Positions 10,776 through 21,048 of a DNA stretch of 60,146 nt are shown here, one piece after another. The notes under the pieces were generated by a model. That model was not told the origin of the DNA. It searched no databases and worked only from the letters and a program-made list of their open reading frames with translations. The position numbers were made by a program, and so were the translations under genes. Source of the DNA: Chrysochromulina tobinii (Eukaryota); NCBI GenBank assembly GCA_001275005.1, contig JWZX01003405.1, positions 1-60,146 of the forward strand. Reading direction: 5' to 3'. Every line of letters starts with the position of its first letter. Position 1 is the stretch's first letter.

Positions 10776-11714
10776 CTACTTGTAGATGCGCGACTGTTCC
10801 GGCTCAAAAGCTTCCTTCCATAATCTGAGCAGCTTGCCGAACAGCCGCTCAGAGCACAGCTGGCGCCAAGCCGATGGGATGGGGGCTGTCACGTAGAGCT
10901 CGCCACGATCTTGCACAGGATGCTGCACGCGGATCATGGTGGCGTGTAGCGCAAGAAGCTCCGTGCGAGTGGAGCTTGCCCCGAGCTTAGGCCCGTAGCG
11001 ACGGTCACCCACGATGTTATGACCATGCGCTGCGAGCTGCGCGCGCACCTGGTGGCGACGCCCTGTGTGAAGCTCGACGGCCAAGAGCGAGTGCATCCCA
11101 TCGTAGTGCAGCACGTCGTATCGCAGCATGGCGATCTGGCTGCCCCTGTCTCCGTGAAGACGATGCGCACGTTCTTGAGCGTCGAGCGCGCTCACTGGAG
11201 GTTCGTCGTCGGCCGTGGCGGCCGCTAGCAGATCAGGTCGACGTTTGCAAGGGATCACCTTGTACTTGTCGACAATGGCAGCGCCGGAGCGTCTCTGGGC
11301 ATCAGGTGGCGCACGCATGGCATCGATGAGCCAGGCAGCGCTTTCGTGAGGTTGCCCTTGCACGATCGCCAGGTACAGCTTGCGCACTTGACGTGCACGG
11401 AAAGCCGCGCCTAAGCGTGTAGCCGCCTTCCTGGTCTCTGCCACTATCACACATCCACTCGCTGGCCTGTCTAGTCGATGGACGAGCGAGGCATACGCAG
11501 TTGGCAAATAGGACAATACGAGCGAGCGCAAGTCGCTGTCACATGTTCTATCTTGCTGAGAGAGCATTCCAGAAGGCTTATTGGCTATGAGCACGTGGTT
11601 GTCCTCATGCACGATCAGTGAGCGAATGTCGACACTTCGCTGCCGTCGCGCAGCAGCGTGGACGGATCGTCGAAGCAGCACCAACACGCGGGCTTGCATG
11701 TTCCCAGTCTCCAT
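10776..11714 (-). CDS. RluA/RluD-family RNA pseudouridine synthase
   Basis: NKPSGMLSQ, catalytic VHRLDRPASG, LHTGRRHQVRAQLA, IVGDRRYG and LHA motifs. Confidence 0.92.
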   Translation of the reverse strand: METGNMQARVLVLLRRSVHAAARRQRSVDIRSLIVHEDNHVLIANKPSGMLSQQDRTCDSDLRSLVLSYLPTAYASLVHRLDRPASGCVIVAETRKAATRLGAAFRARQVRKLYLAIVQGQPHESAAWLIDAMRAPPDAQRRSGAAIVDKYKVIPCKRRPDLLAAATADDEPPVSALDAQERAHRLHGDRGSQIAMLRYDVLHYDGMHSLLAVELHTGRRHQVRAQLAAHGHNIVGDRRYGPKLGASSTRTELLALHATMIRVQHPVQDRGELYVTAPIPSAWRQLCSERLFGKLLRLWKEAFEPEQSRIYK

Positions 11715-11802
11715 TCACGTTCACGTTCCGCTCGTGAGAATATCGTTTAAACACGTTCACACCAACACAATGAAACGCAATCCACCGCAAATTCAAAACG
11801 TG

Positions 11803-14299
11803 TCACGGAATACCGTATTTTGCCTTCTTCTTCTTCTTGGCAAGGGGCGCCGCGGCGGGCTCCGTCTCCTCCTCCTCCTCCCAGGCCCCGGCTTCCGGCC
11901 CGACCTCGACCGAGTGGATGCGTGCTCGAGGTAGAGCTAGTCCGCTTCCATTCCACCCGACGTCGGCTTCCGGCCCGACGTCGGCTTTCGGCCCGACGTC
12001 GACCACGGCGCGCTTGCGCTTCGCCGCAGCGTTGCGCTTCCCTTTGGGTGGTGGTGATGGTGCGGCGGCGGTGGCGGCGGTGGCGGCGGTGGCGGCGGTG
12101 GCGGCGGTGGCGGCGGTGGCGGCGGTGGCGACCGATCCGTCCGCGGCGCCCGCTGGTGACCCTCCGACGCTCGCCCCCCCCTCGGGCAGCTTAGCAGCGG
12201 CCAAGTAGTACCTGGTCTTCTTCTTGCCATTCGCCCAGAGCCGATCAAAGAAACTCGAAGCCTCAGAGACGGCGTAGCCGCAGTTAGCTGCTGGGAGCCC
12301 GACCTTGACAGTAGGCGGTGCGGTTGCGTCGCTCACGTCTCGCAAGCCTTCAATGGCTCCCACGGCCTCTGCCAGCGACCGACCATATCGCTTGTTGTCG
12401 GTGACAATGGCCAGGGTGCCGCCGGGGACGAGGAGGGCGCAGCACGCCCGAAGGAACTTTTCATCCAACAGATTCGAGCCGTCGCTATCGTCGGTGCCAC
12501 CCGCCCACTCCGGCGGCTCAGGATGGTTGATACACACCGCGTGCACACTCGAGGCCGCGAGACGGCACGTGACGATCTCGCGCGCATCTCCGACGACCAC
12601 CGACACGTTGGGCGTGCCTTCGAAGAGCGTGCGTGCAAAGATGTGGAAGCCGCGATCGACTCGGAGCTCGACGGCAACGAATTGCGTCGAGGGCGACTCT
12701 TTTGCTTGCACGCAGATCCACTCGCCGGCGCCGGCGCAGATCTCGAGTACCAGGCGCTGCGACGGCGACGACAGCCGGTGCAGATGGCCGTTACAGTCAA
12801 GGCGACGCGCCAGTAACGCCTCGAGTCGAGGCCTCGCAAGCCCAGCATGGCGCGAGCAGGCTCTGAGTCCGAAGGAATCCCACAGATTGTGGGCCAATCG
12901 ACAGCCGATGGCATCGGCGCCGTCGCCGTCGGCGCTGCCATGCGAACCGCGCGCGCTGCCGCCGCCGCCACCACCACCACCATCACCGTAGCCGTCGTCG
13001 TCGTCATTGCCGTCTCCATGCCCTTCAAAACGAGCATGCGCCGCCCGCGGCGTATCCACAAATGAGATCACACGCTGCGTGAGAGCGCCCAGCACGTCGG
13101 CCGCCTTCCCACGCTCCACAAAGGCGGCCACGGTCGCCGCGTCCAGCGCGAGCTCCGCGCGTCGGTGCCGCGCGAACAGCTCTATCGAGGAGGCCTCAAT
13201 GTGCGAGGAGCCCTCGCGTTGAATGACGGGTGGGTCCGGCGTCGCAAGCGCGTCATGCAGAAGCCCGAGCTGCGCCATGGCTGAGCGCGGCTTGCCGAGG
13301 AGGGCAAACGCGCGCGCGGCCGCCAGGTGCGTCGACGCGCGCGCGGCGGGGGTGATCGGCACGCTCGCTTCGTCTGCCTGAGAGACTAGGGACGCAATGG
13401 CCTTCGGTCGCAGCGCTTGGCCGAGCAGGTGGCCGCCGGCCTCGATGGCTGCGCTGTCGGGTGGGTCGCCGCCCGCCCTCGACCACCAGCGCTGGATCGT
13501 CTGCTGGCCCAGGCCCACCGCCCCCACGCGCACGCAGCCGCGCAGCAGCGCATTGTAGGTGCGTGCATTTGCCGCGCCGCTCTCTTCGGCCTCTCGCACC
13601 ACGAGGGCGCCACTGTCCACGTCGCCAGCATCGCAGAGGGCCTTCACCAGGGTGGTGTACGTGACCACATTTGGGGAGACGCCGCTCTCTCGCATCTGCC
13701 GCACGGCGTGCGCGGCCTCGTCCGGGCGGCCGCAGCGCGCGAGGCAGTTGACGAGGTTCGTCCAGCTGTGCGCATCCGGAGTCAAGCCCTGCTCTCGCGC
13801 ACTGTCGAAGAGCTCGCGCGCGCGCTTGAGCTTCTTGCGCTTCGCACACCACGCAAGGTCCTCGTTGAGCGCGATCAGCCGCCGCTTACGCTCGCTGCGA
13901 TTCAAACCGCCGCTGCCGCCGCCGCCGCCCGCAGGAGCAGTCGCGCTGGCAGACGCCGCAGGAGAAGCAGCCGGAGCAGCAGAAGCAGCGGCGGCGGCGG
14001 CAGCGGCGGCAGCAGTGCCGACACTGCCCGTCATACTCATCTTGCGCTGCTTCAGCTTCTGCTTCTTGAGGGGCTCGGGCATCCTTGACCCGCGCTGTTG
14101 CTGCAGCTGCCGCCGACTCCATTAGTTCAATCTGCTTCTTTAAGGCACTCAACGCTGCATGGACGCGCTTGCGAACGCGCTGCGACAGGTCTTCTTTCTG
14201 GAGGCGTTCGACCAATGCTGTCTTTTTGGCTAGAGAAGCAGCCATTTCTGCCGCTTGTTCGCGGGCCACGTAGGACGAGACGGCGGAATTCAGCTCCAT
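11803..14299 (-). CDS. Pentatricopeptide-repeat protein with a C-terminal TrmB-like tRNA (guanine-N7) methyltransferase (PPR-TGM); probable N-terminal extension from 14299 across a frameshift near 14083
   Basis: PPR motifs PDAHSWTNLVNCLARCG, PNVVTYTTLVKALCDAG and ARTYNALLRGC. Methyltransferase motifs LEICAGAGEW, AVELRVDR and INHPEPP (TrmB NFPDPW). Main ORF is 11803-14082. Confidence 0.85.
12062..12130. repeat. Coding 9-mer tandem repeat (gcggcggtg)n encoding an ATA-repeat
   Basis: Seen directly; about 7 copies. Confidence 0.9.
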
Positions 14300-14805
14300 C
14301 TTTGTCGCGTCGCACACACACGACACACCTTTCCCGTTTGCTGGGAGAACTTCGGCTGTTAACGTGAATGCGAGCGCAGAGCGCAGCAAACGGGCAGGCC
14401 TGCAGGACCTGGCCTTCGGCCCTTCCCTTTTCGTCCGCGTTGCCCTTTGGCACGTGTTAGCCCGCGCCTAGGACTTCCTTTTCGCGGAGAGACAAAAATC
14501 GAGAATAAATACATGACGTCCTGAGTCGCGTCCTCACGCAGCGTCGGGTGCGTATACACAGGTTTCTGCATATATGCACCCCCGGAACCGACGAACCTTA
14601 ATGATACCATTCGGTCCCCGGTCCGTGATGTGCACTGCTCAAGGCACTGCCAGAAACGCGTGTTGGCGTGTTCGGTCTGAACGCCTGTATATAATTTGAA
14701 CACCCGTAACCACGGTCGCTGCTGCTGTGGGGTTTGGATATGCCATTGCAACACGCCGACAGTTGCATCCTCACACCCCTCAGTTCGGAGCTCAGTCACA
14801 TCACC

Positions 14806-15995
14806 TCAGCCACCGTCTCGAACCAGCATCCTCCATGGGTCGGGATAGCTCTCGCTGATCGTCTGCACGCCCGCCTCGAGCTCCTCCGTCCAGCCGATCC
14901 CAAATCCAGCGAGGTTCTCCTCGAGCTGCGCGTTGGTCGTCGCGCCGATGATGGTACTCGTCACGAACGCTCGCGACTCGCAGAAGGCTATGGCGAGCGC
15001 TGCGGGCGAGAGACCGTGCGCCTCGGCGAGATCGCAATAGGCCTCGACCGCATTCGGCCCTTTCGTGCCCAGGTAGCGCTCCATGTACCCATCGAAGAGA
15101 GCGAGTCGAGATCCGGTGGGCGCCGATTGCAAGCCGCGGTACTTGCCACTGAGGACGCCGGCGGATAGCGGGGAGTACGGCAGGTAGCCGATGTTGTGAG
15201 CACGCAATGTCTCGACGAGCCCAGTTTCGTCAGAGCGCTGCAGGAGCGAGTATGAGTTCTGGACGGAGGCGGGCAGCGGCACGTCCTCGGCCGCGCACGC
15301 CGCGACGAAGGCGCTCACGCCGTGGGGGGTCTCATTGGACAGGCCCCACGCTCGGATCTTGCCAGCCTTGATCAGATCCCCCATCGCGCGCGCTTGCTCG
15401 GCGAAGGGCACGAAGGCGCGCTCCTTGGTCACGTCGTACCGCGTGGAGCCGAACAAGGGGACGTACCGGTCCGGCCAGTGGATCTGAAGCAGATCGAGGT
15501 GATCGATGCCCAGACGTGCCAGCGACGCGTCGATGGAGGCAAAGATCTGCTCTCGAGTCACGCGTGTCGTCTCACCACGCAGCACGTGAAGCGCTCGTTG
15601 AAACCGCACACCTTGGTGGCAAGCACGACGTCCTCGCGTGCCCAGGCGCCTGAGCGCAACCACTTGGCGATGGCGCGGTCCGTGTTCCCTTGCTTCGCCT
15701 CACTCACCGGCACGGGGTAGCACTCTGCGGTGTCCAGGAAGTTGACCCCGAGCTCCCACGCCGCATTGAGCTGCGAGGCTGCCTCAGCGTCCGTGTTTTG
15801 GTTCCCCCATGTCATCGTACCAAGGCAGCACGGGGAGACGAGCAGATCAGATGTACCCAGCTTGTTTCGCTGCATGTTGGCCTCGTCGTATGGCTTGTAG
15901 GTACGGACAGAGGGAGGTGCCGCGGTCCGCACCGCCGAGGACAGAGAGACTGCCGAAGCAAGTGCCGGCGAAAGGAGCACAAAAAGCCACGACAT
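14806..15995 (-). CDS. Aldo-keto reductase (Tas-like) with a signal/transit-like N-terminus; 1-nt frameshift near 15583
   Basis: LGTMTWG, GVNFLDTAECY and LATKV lie in one frame; LDLLQIHWPDRY, WGLSNET, QNSYSLL and YSPLSAGVLSGKY lie in the next. TTC ACG TG- CTG CGT restores FTWLR if one G is added. Confidence 0.9.
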
Positions 15996-16359
15996 CAGCG
16001 CAGCAACTACACGAACGCGTGCAATGTGTCGGGACCTCAGACAGCGAGCTGGTCGCGATCGTCTGGAGACCAGAGCATGAACATTCCACGCATTCCGGGA
16101 ATTTCCCAGGTGTTCGCTCGAGTTCGCTGTGAAAACGCAAAATGCTGAGAAACCAACCTTAATTGGAAACAAATGGATCGGCAGGAGTCACACTACGAAA
16201 AGTTTTGCGTTCCCGTGCATGCAAAGAGGCAAAAAAAGATCCCAATTTTGGACACATTCGAGTGCAACATTCGAGGTCGTGCCCTCTCTTCCTCTCTGGC
16301 ACTTCGCCAGCTAGACGCGCACCACTCAACCGCGCACGACCAGCTTATTGGCGACGATT

Positions 16360-19300
16360 ATGGGCGCTAGCGCCTCGAGCAGCAGCCTGCATTCGGGCGA
16401 AGCCACCTCGAAGTCAAAGACCGAGGAGACGTCACTGCTGCCGAACAAGAACGAACATAAGAAGGACCAAAGAGACGAGCCCAAGGACGAGCCTTGGTTC
16501 GCCTGCGACCTTGCGATCATCGGCCCCGGCCTGCTTGTGAGCCTTGCGGACACAGAATTCGCATCTCTAATGGAGGCGGCCAACTCGGGCGCACGGTTCA
16601 AGTTCTCGTTCCAAATGGGGCTGCAGCTCCTCCTTATCCCCGTGCTCTTCTTGACTCAAGAGCTGACTGTGCGCTTGGGGGCCCACACGCAGAAAGGCCA
16701 CGGCGCCTGCATCCGCGAAGTCTACGGCCCCGCAATGAGCTGGTTCTGCTTCTTGATTTTGAGTATCACTTGCATCCTGGCGACAATGACGGAGCTTGCT
16801 GGCATCGTCGGGGTGGCCGAAATCTGCGGATTGGACCCCACCATCAGCGTGTGCGTCGCCTCGCTCTTCATGATCATTCTCATCTTCTTCTGCCCGTACC
16901 GCGTCGTGGAAAAGGTTGCTGTCATCTTCGGCTCGTTCGAGCTCAGCTTCGTGGTCGCAGCCTTCTTGTCAAGGCCGCGCATGGACAAGTTTTGGCCGGG
17001 TTTGTTTAGCTTTGACGTGCCACCCGAGCTTGCCCCCGAGTTTGCCCAGATGGCGGCCGCCAACATTGGCGCGGTCATCGTGCCGTGGATGATCTACTTC
17101 CAGCAGTCGGCCGTGGCTGCAAACGGGGTGATGAGCGGCAGGGCAGAGGCCGCAGAGCGTACTGGCACGCTTCTCGGCTCGACCCTGACCCAAATCATCA
17201 TGGTCGCCACAATGGTCGCCTTCGCCGCCACACGCGATAAGCAGCATGGTCACCTCAACTCGATCGACGACGCGAACGCAATGAACCAGGTGATGATGGA
17301 GCTCTTTGGCGACTTGCCCGGGCGGGTGCTGTGCACGCTCGGTATCGTCGGGGGCTCCGTCTGCGCGGCGATCGTCGTCGCTCTCGCAAACTCGTGGGCG
17401 CTCGTTGATGCTCTCGGGCCGGACACCACATGCATTGCCGGTGGGGCCAAAGCACCGGCGCTGCCGGGCGCTGGCGTCACTGAGGCGCGGCGGCCCAATC
17501 CGATGGACCTATCCGTCTGTGAAGCACCCTTCTTTTACGCCATGTATGCGGCGACGGTTCTCATCGGCTTCATCATCATCATGTCCGGGGTCTCTCAGGA
17601 GGATATCAGCGTGGCAGGTCTGCTCACCAATGCCCTCTTCATGCCGCTCACGCTCCTCTTTCTGTGGCTGCTCGCCACGGGCCCCAAGCTGCCCGAGACC
17701 ACGCGCGTCAAGGGCTTCTACAAGTGGATCACCGCCTTCGCCTTCTGCCTCGCGTGCACGTTCTCGACCATCGAGCTCGTGCTCGGGATGACGGATACCC
17801 CTGGCTCCGGACTAGCGGCCGCTCGGGCGCGAAAACGATCCCATCGCTCGCATGTGGTGTTAGGCTCCAGTATTAGCAACGTCGAGACTCGCGCGTCAAA
17901 GCCGCACATCATCATCATGCTGGCCGACGACCTCGGCTACGCCAACGTAGGCTGGAACAACGCCGCAGTGCACACGCCCCAGCTGAACGCCCTTGTAGCC
18001 GACGGAGTTCGACTCGAGCGCCATTACGTGTACCAGTTTTGCAGCCCCTCGCGCGCCTCTCTCATGACGGGCCGTTACCCGATCCACGTGCAGGAGCGGA
18101 TGGGTCCGTTCTGGAGCACGTACACGGGTCCACCGACCAACATGACGCTGCTGCCTGCCAAGCTGCGTGAGGCGCAGTACCGCGTACACCACGTGGGCAA
18201 GTGGCACCTCGGGGCCTACAGCAACGCGTCCATACCGGTAGGGCGCGGCTTCGAAACTTCCTTCGGCTTCCTCGACGGCATGCAAGACCACTGGAACCAC
18301 CGGATGCAAGGGTGCAACTCCTCAGGCATGGAAGACCCGCAGGGCGACTCGGCCGACTTGCCGGGCACGCAATGGGAGTGCTGGGGCAACGCGCTGCCGC
18401 TTGAGAGCTGCGACGAGCTCTCATGCTACGCCAACCTGAGCGTGCGCTTCGATCGTGACCTGTGGCGGGACAGAGCGCCCGCTACGGCGCTCGATGGCGT
18501 CTTCTCTCAGGATATGTACGAGGCAGAGGCGCGCAATCTGATCGCGTCGCACGATCTCGCGTCGCCTCTCTTCTTGTATCTTGCCTTCCAGCTCGTCCAT
18601 GGGCCCATTCAAACTCCGAAGCGCTTCGTCAACCTGTACGATGCCGCGACGCACCCCTTCCTCGGGCTTCGCAAGGTGTGGGGATTCGTGACGGCGCTCG
18701 ATGAGTCCATTGGACGGATCGTCGGCGCTCTCAAGGTAACTGCCAAAGTTGGCCACGGATGGCCTCAGATAGCCATAAGCCTCGGATGATAACCACCGAT
18801 CGCCTCTGATTACCACCGATCGCCTCTGATGGCCACTGATCGGACGGATGGTCGGCGCACTGCAGGCGCGCCCCTCAATGTGGGAGAACTCTGTGCTCAT
18901 CTTCAGCGCGGACAACGGCGGACCTCTCGAGACCATGACCAACTACCCGCTCCGAGGGGGCAAGTTCAGCGACTTCGAAGGCGGCATCCGCTCAGCGGCC
19001 TTTGTGAGCGGAGGCTACTTGCCCGCAGCGATGCGCGGCAGCACGCTCGACGGATACGCCATGCTTGCGGACTGGTACGTGACCATTTGCGGACTGGCGA
19101 GTGTGGATCCAACCGACGAGCGCGCAGCGGCAGCTGGGCTACCCCCCGTTGATGGACTCGATCTATGGCCCATGCTCAGCGGCGCGAATCGGACCAGCCC
19201 TCGCACCGAGCTGCCCATCTCGTCGGCGACGCTCATCGTGGGAGACTGGAAGCTGATGACTGGCACGCAGGGTTATAACACATGGAGCCCGCCCGTCGGA

Positions 19301-19690
19301 TGGCCTGCGGATTATTATTGCGACGACCGCAACGCGTCGGCGAAGCTCGAGTGTGGCGAGGGCGGCTGCCTCTTCAACGTGCGTCTTGACCCGAGCGAGA
19401 GGCACGACTTGGCGACCAAGAACGCCTCCGTGCTCGAGGCGATGCAGAAGCGGCTCGAGGCGATGCGAGCCACCGTGTGGCACAACTGCGACCCGCCATC
19501 CAAGTGCGCGTACGTCGACCCGAACGACTACTGTGCCAACACCCACAGCCAGTGGGGGGATGCATATGGGCCCTACTGGCGCGGGGGGGGGCTTCACCCG
19601 TTCAGCGGGAACTACAGCTTGGACCCCACTGGCCGGCGACTTGCACTCTCTGCACGGGTGGAATCCTCTCGTCTAGGGGAGTTGGGGTAG
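16360..19690 (+). CDS. Fusion of an Nramp-family (NrmT-like) metal transporter and a formylglycine-dependent S1 arylsulfatase (exons 16360-18735, 18866-19690)
   Basis: Transporter motifs GPGLLVSLADTE, QELTVRLG and ANIGAVIVPWMIYFQQS run without a stop into KPHIIIMLADDLG, CSPSRASLMTG and GKWHLG. After the intron come FSADNGG and NYPLRGGK. Confidence 0.85.
18736..18865 (+). other. Intron in the sulfatase domain with 10-nt periodic gat- repeats
   Basis: AAG|GTAACT...TGCAG|GCG; phase 0; contains an in-frame TGA. Confidence 0.85.
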
Positions 19691-19781
19691 ACCGCCTCTG
19701 TCCTGAGTCAGAAACGTCGTAACCCCGGGTTCACTTTCACAGCTTTCATTCACACCTCCGGAGAAAACACGGAGGCACAAA

Positions 19782-20741
19782 ATGGTGGGCTGGCTCTACC
19801 CTTGCGGCGCTGATTGCGACATCGCGGTGGTCGTGTTCGACAAGGACGGGACGTTGCTCGACTTCAATGCAACGTGGCTGCCCGCCTTCCGTGAGGCCGC
19901 CGAGCGCGTTGCGCTCGAAGCGGGCGAGAAGGATCTCGCGCCCGCTCTGCTCAAAGCGGGAGGGTGGCTCGAGGAGGCAGAGGGACCGCGCATCACGCCC
20001 GATGGCCTCTTCCATCACGCGACCAACCTAGAAATCGCTCAGGCCTGGATCGATACGCAGCCGATTGTGGCCAACCACTTTGCCAACGACGTGACGGCGC
20101 TGATGACTCTGCTCGAGTCCACGCTGAAAGAGTGCACGGTCCGCGATGCGGCGCCGCTCGGGCCGGCGGAGGACGTGCTGCGGGAATTGCGCGCGGCTGG
20201 CCTGCACCTCGCCGTCGTCACGAATGATTCGGAAGCCATCGCACGTGCGCAGCTAGCGCGGCTCGGATGGACCGACTACTTTGGCTCCATCATCGGCTTC
20301 GACTCCGGCTTCGGAGGCAAGCCTGGCGGCGGCGGCATCCGGGCCGCCATCGAGGCTGCGGGTCTCAAACCGCAGCAGGCCATCATGGTGGGCGACTCGG
20401 AGTCGGACCTCGTGGCCGGTCAGGTCGCCGGCTGTGCCTTCACCGTCGCGATCCATCCAGATGCCAAGCCCCTGCCCATCGGACTCGCGACCGCCGCGTG
20501 CCGCATGCCCAGCATCGCTGGACTGCCGGAGGCGCTTGCGACCGCGGGGCACCGAGCGCTGCGCGCGTCGCGGCGGGCGCCTGACGAGGTCGCTCAGACG
20601 CCCTGGCCGAGCGAGGCTGTCGAACTGCCGACACCGGCGGAATGCATGCAAGCCCAGATGGAAGCAAAGGCAGCAGTCGCAGCCGCGGCCGCCGTCGACA
20701 AGGCCGTCGTCGCGCTCGTGGATGGCATGCGTGAACCATGA
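19782..20741 (+). CDS. HAD-superfamily hydrolase (phosphoglycolate phosphatase-like)
   Basis: Motif I FDKDGTL, motif II VVTND, motif III KP and motif IV MVGDSESD. Confidence 0.9.
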   Translation: MVGWLYPCGADCDIAVVVFDKDGTLLDFNATWLPAFREAAERVALEAGEKDLAPALLKAGGWLEEAEGPRITPDGLFHHATNLEIAQAWIDTQPIVANHFANDVTALMTLLESTLKECTVRDAAPLGPAEDVLRELRAAGLHLAVVTNDSEAIARAQLARLGWTDYFGSIIGFDSGFGGKPGGGGIRAAIEAAGLKPQQAIMVGDSESDLVAGQVAGCAFTVAIHPDAKPLPIGLATAACRMPSIAGLPEALATAGHRALRASRRAPDEVAQTPWPSEAVELPTPAECMQAQMEAKAAVAAAAAVDKAVVALVDGMREP

Positions 20742-20841
20742 AGTATGTTGCTTCTCGCCCGTCTTAGGCATGTACCGGTCACAGTGCTGTCCTTGCACTG
20801 TTCTGTGCATTCATACCGAAACAGAACTTCACAGGTACCAG

Positions 20842-20962
20842 TAAACTTCTCAAGTCAAGTCAAGTCGACATAAACAACAGACAACCATACAATACGGAAG
20901 CCTACAATTGTATGCTCCGGACATGACTTGACATGACTTGACTTGACTTGACTAAACTTCTC
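20842..20962. mobile_element. Short insertion (about 100 bp) with inverted (CAAGT)n/(GACTT)n ends flanked by a 9-10-bp direct repeat
   Basis: taaacttctc occurs at 20842-20851 and 20953-20962; caagtcaagtcaagtc at the left end and gacttgacttgacttgac at the right end. Confidence 0.55.
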
Positions 20963-21048
20963 CGTGAAGGTCGGCACCATTCGCGCGCCAGCGTTGAGCT
21001 CACGGCAATTACTCGTGGTCGGCACACGAAGGACCGGGAAAGGTGACC

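Noticed and set aside
14359..14799. 146-aa minus ORF between the AKR and PPR-TGM genes
   Set aside because: GTG start only 7 nt after the AKR stop and no recognisable motif; cannot be supported.
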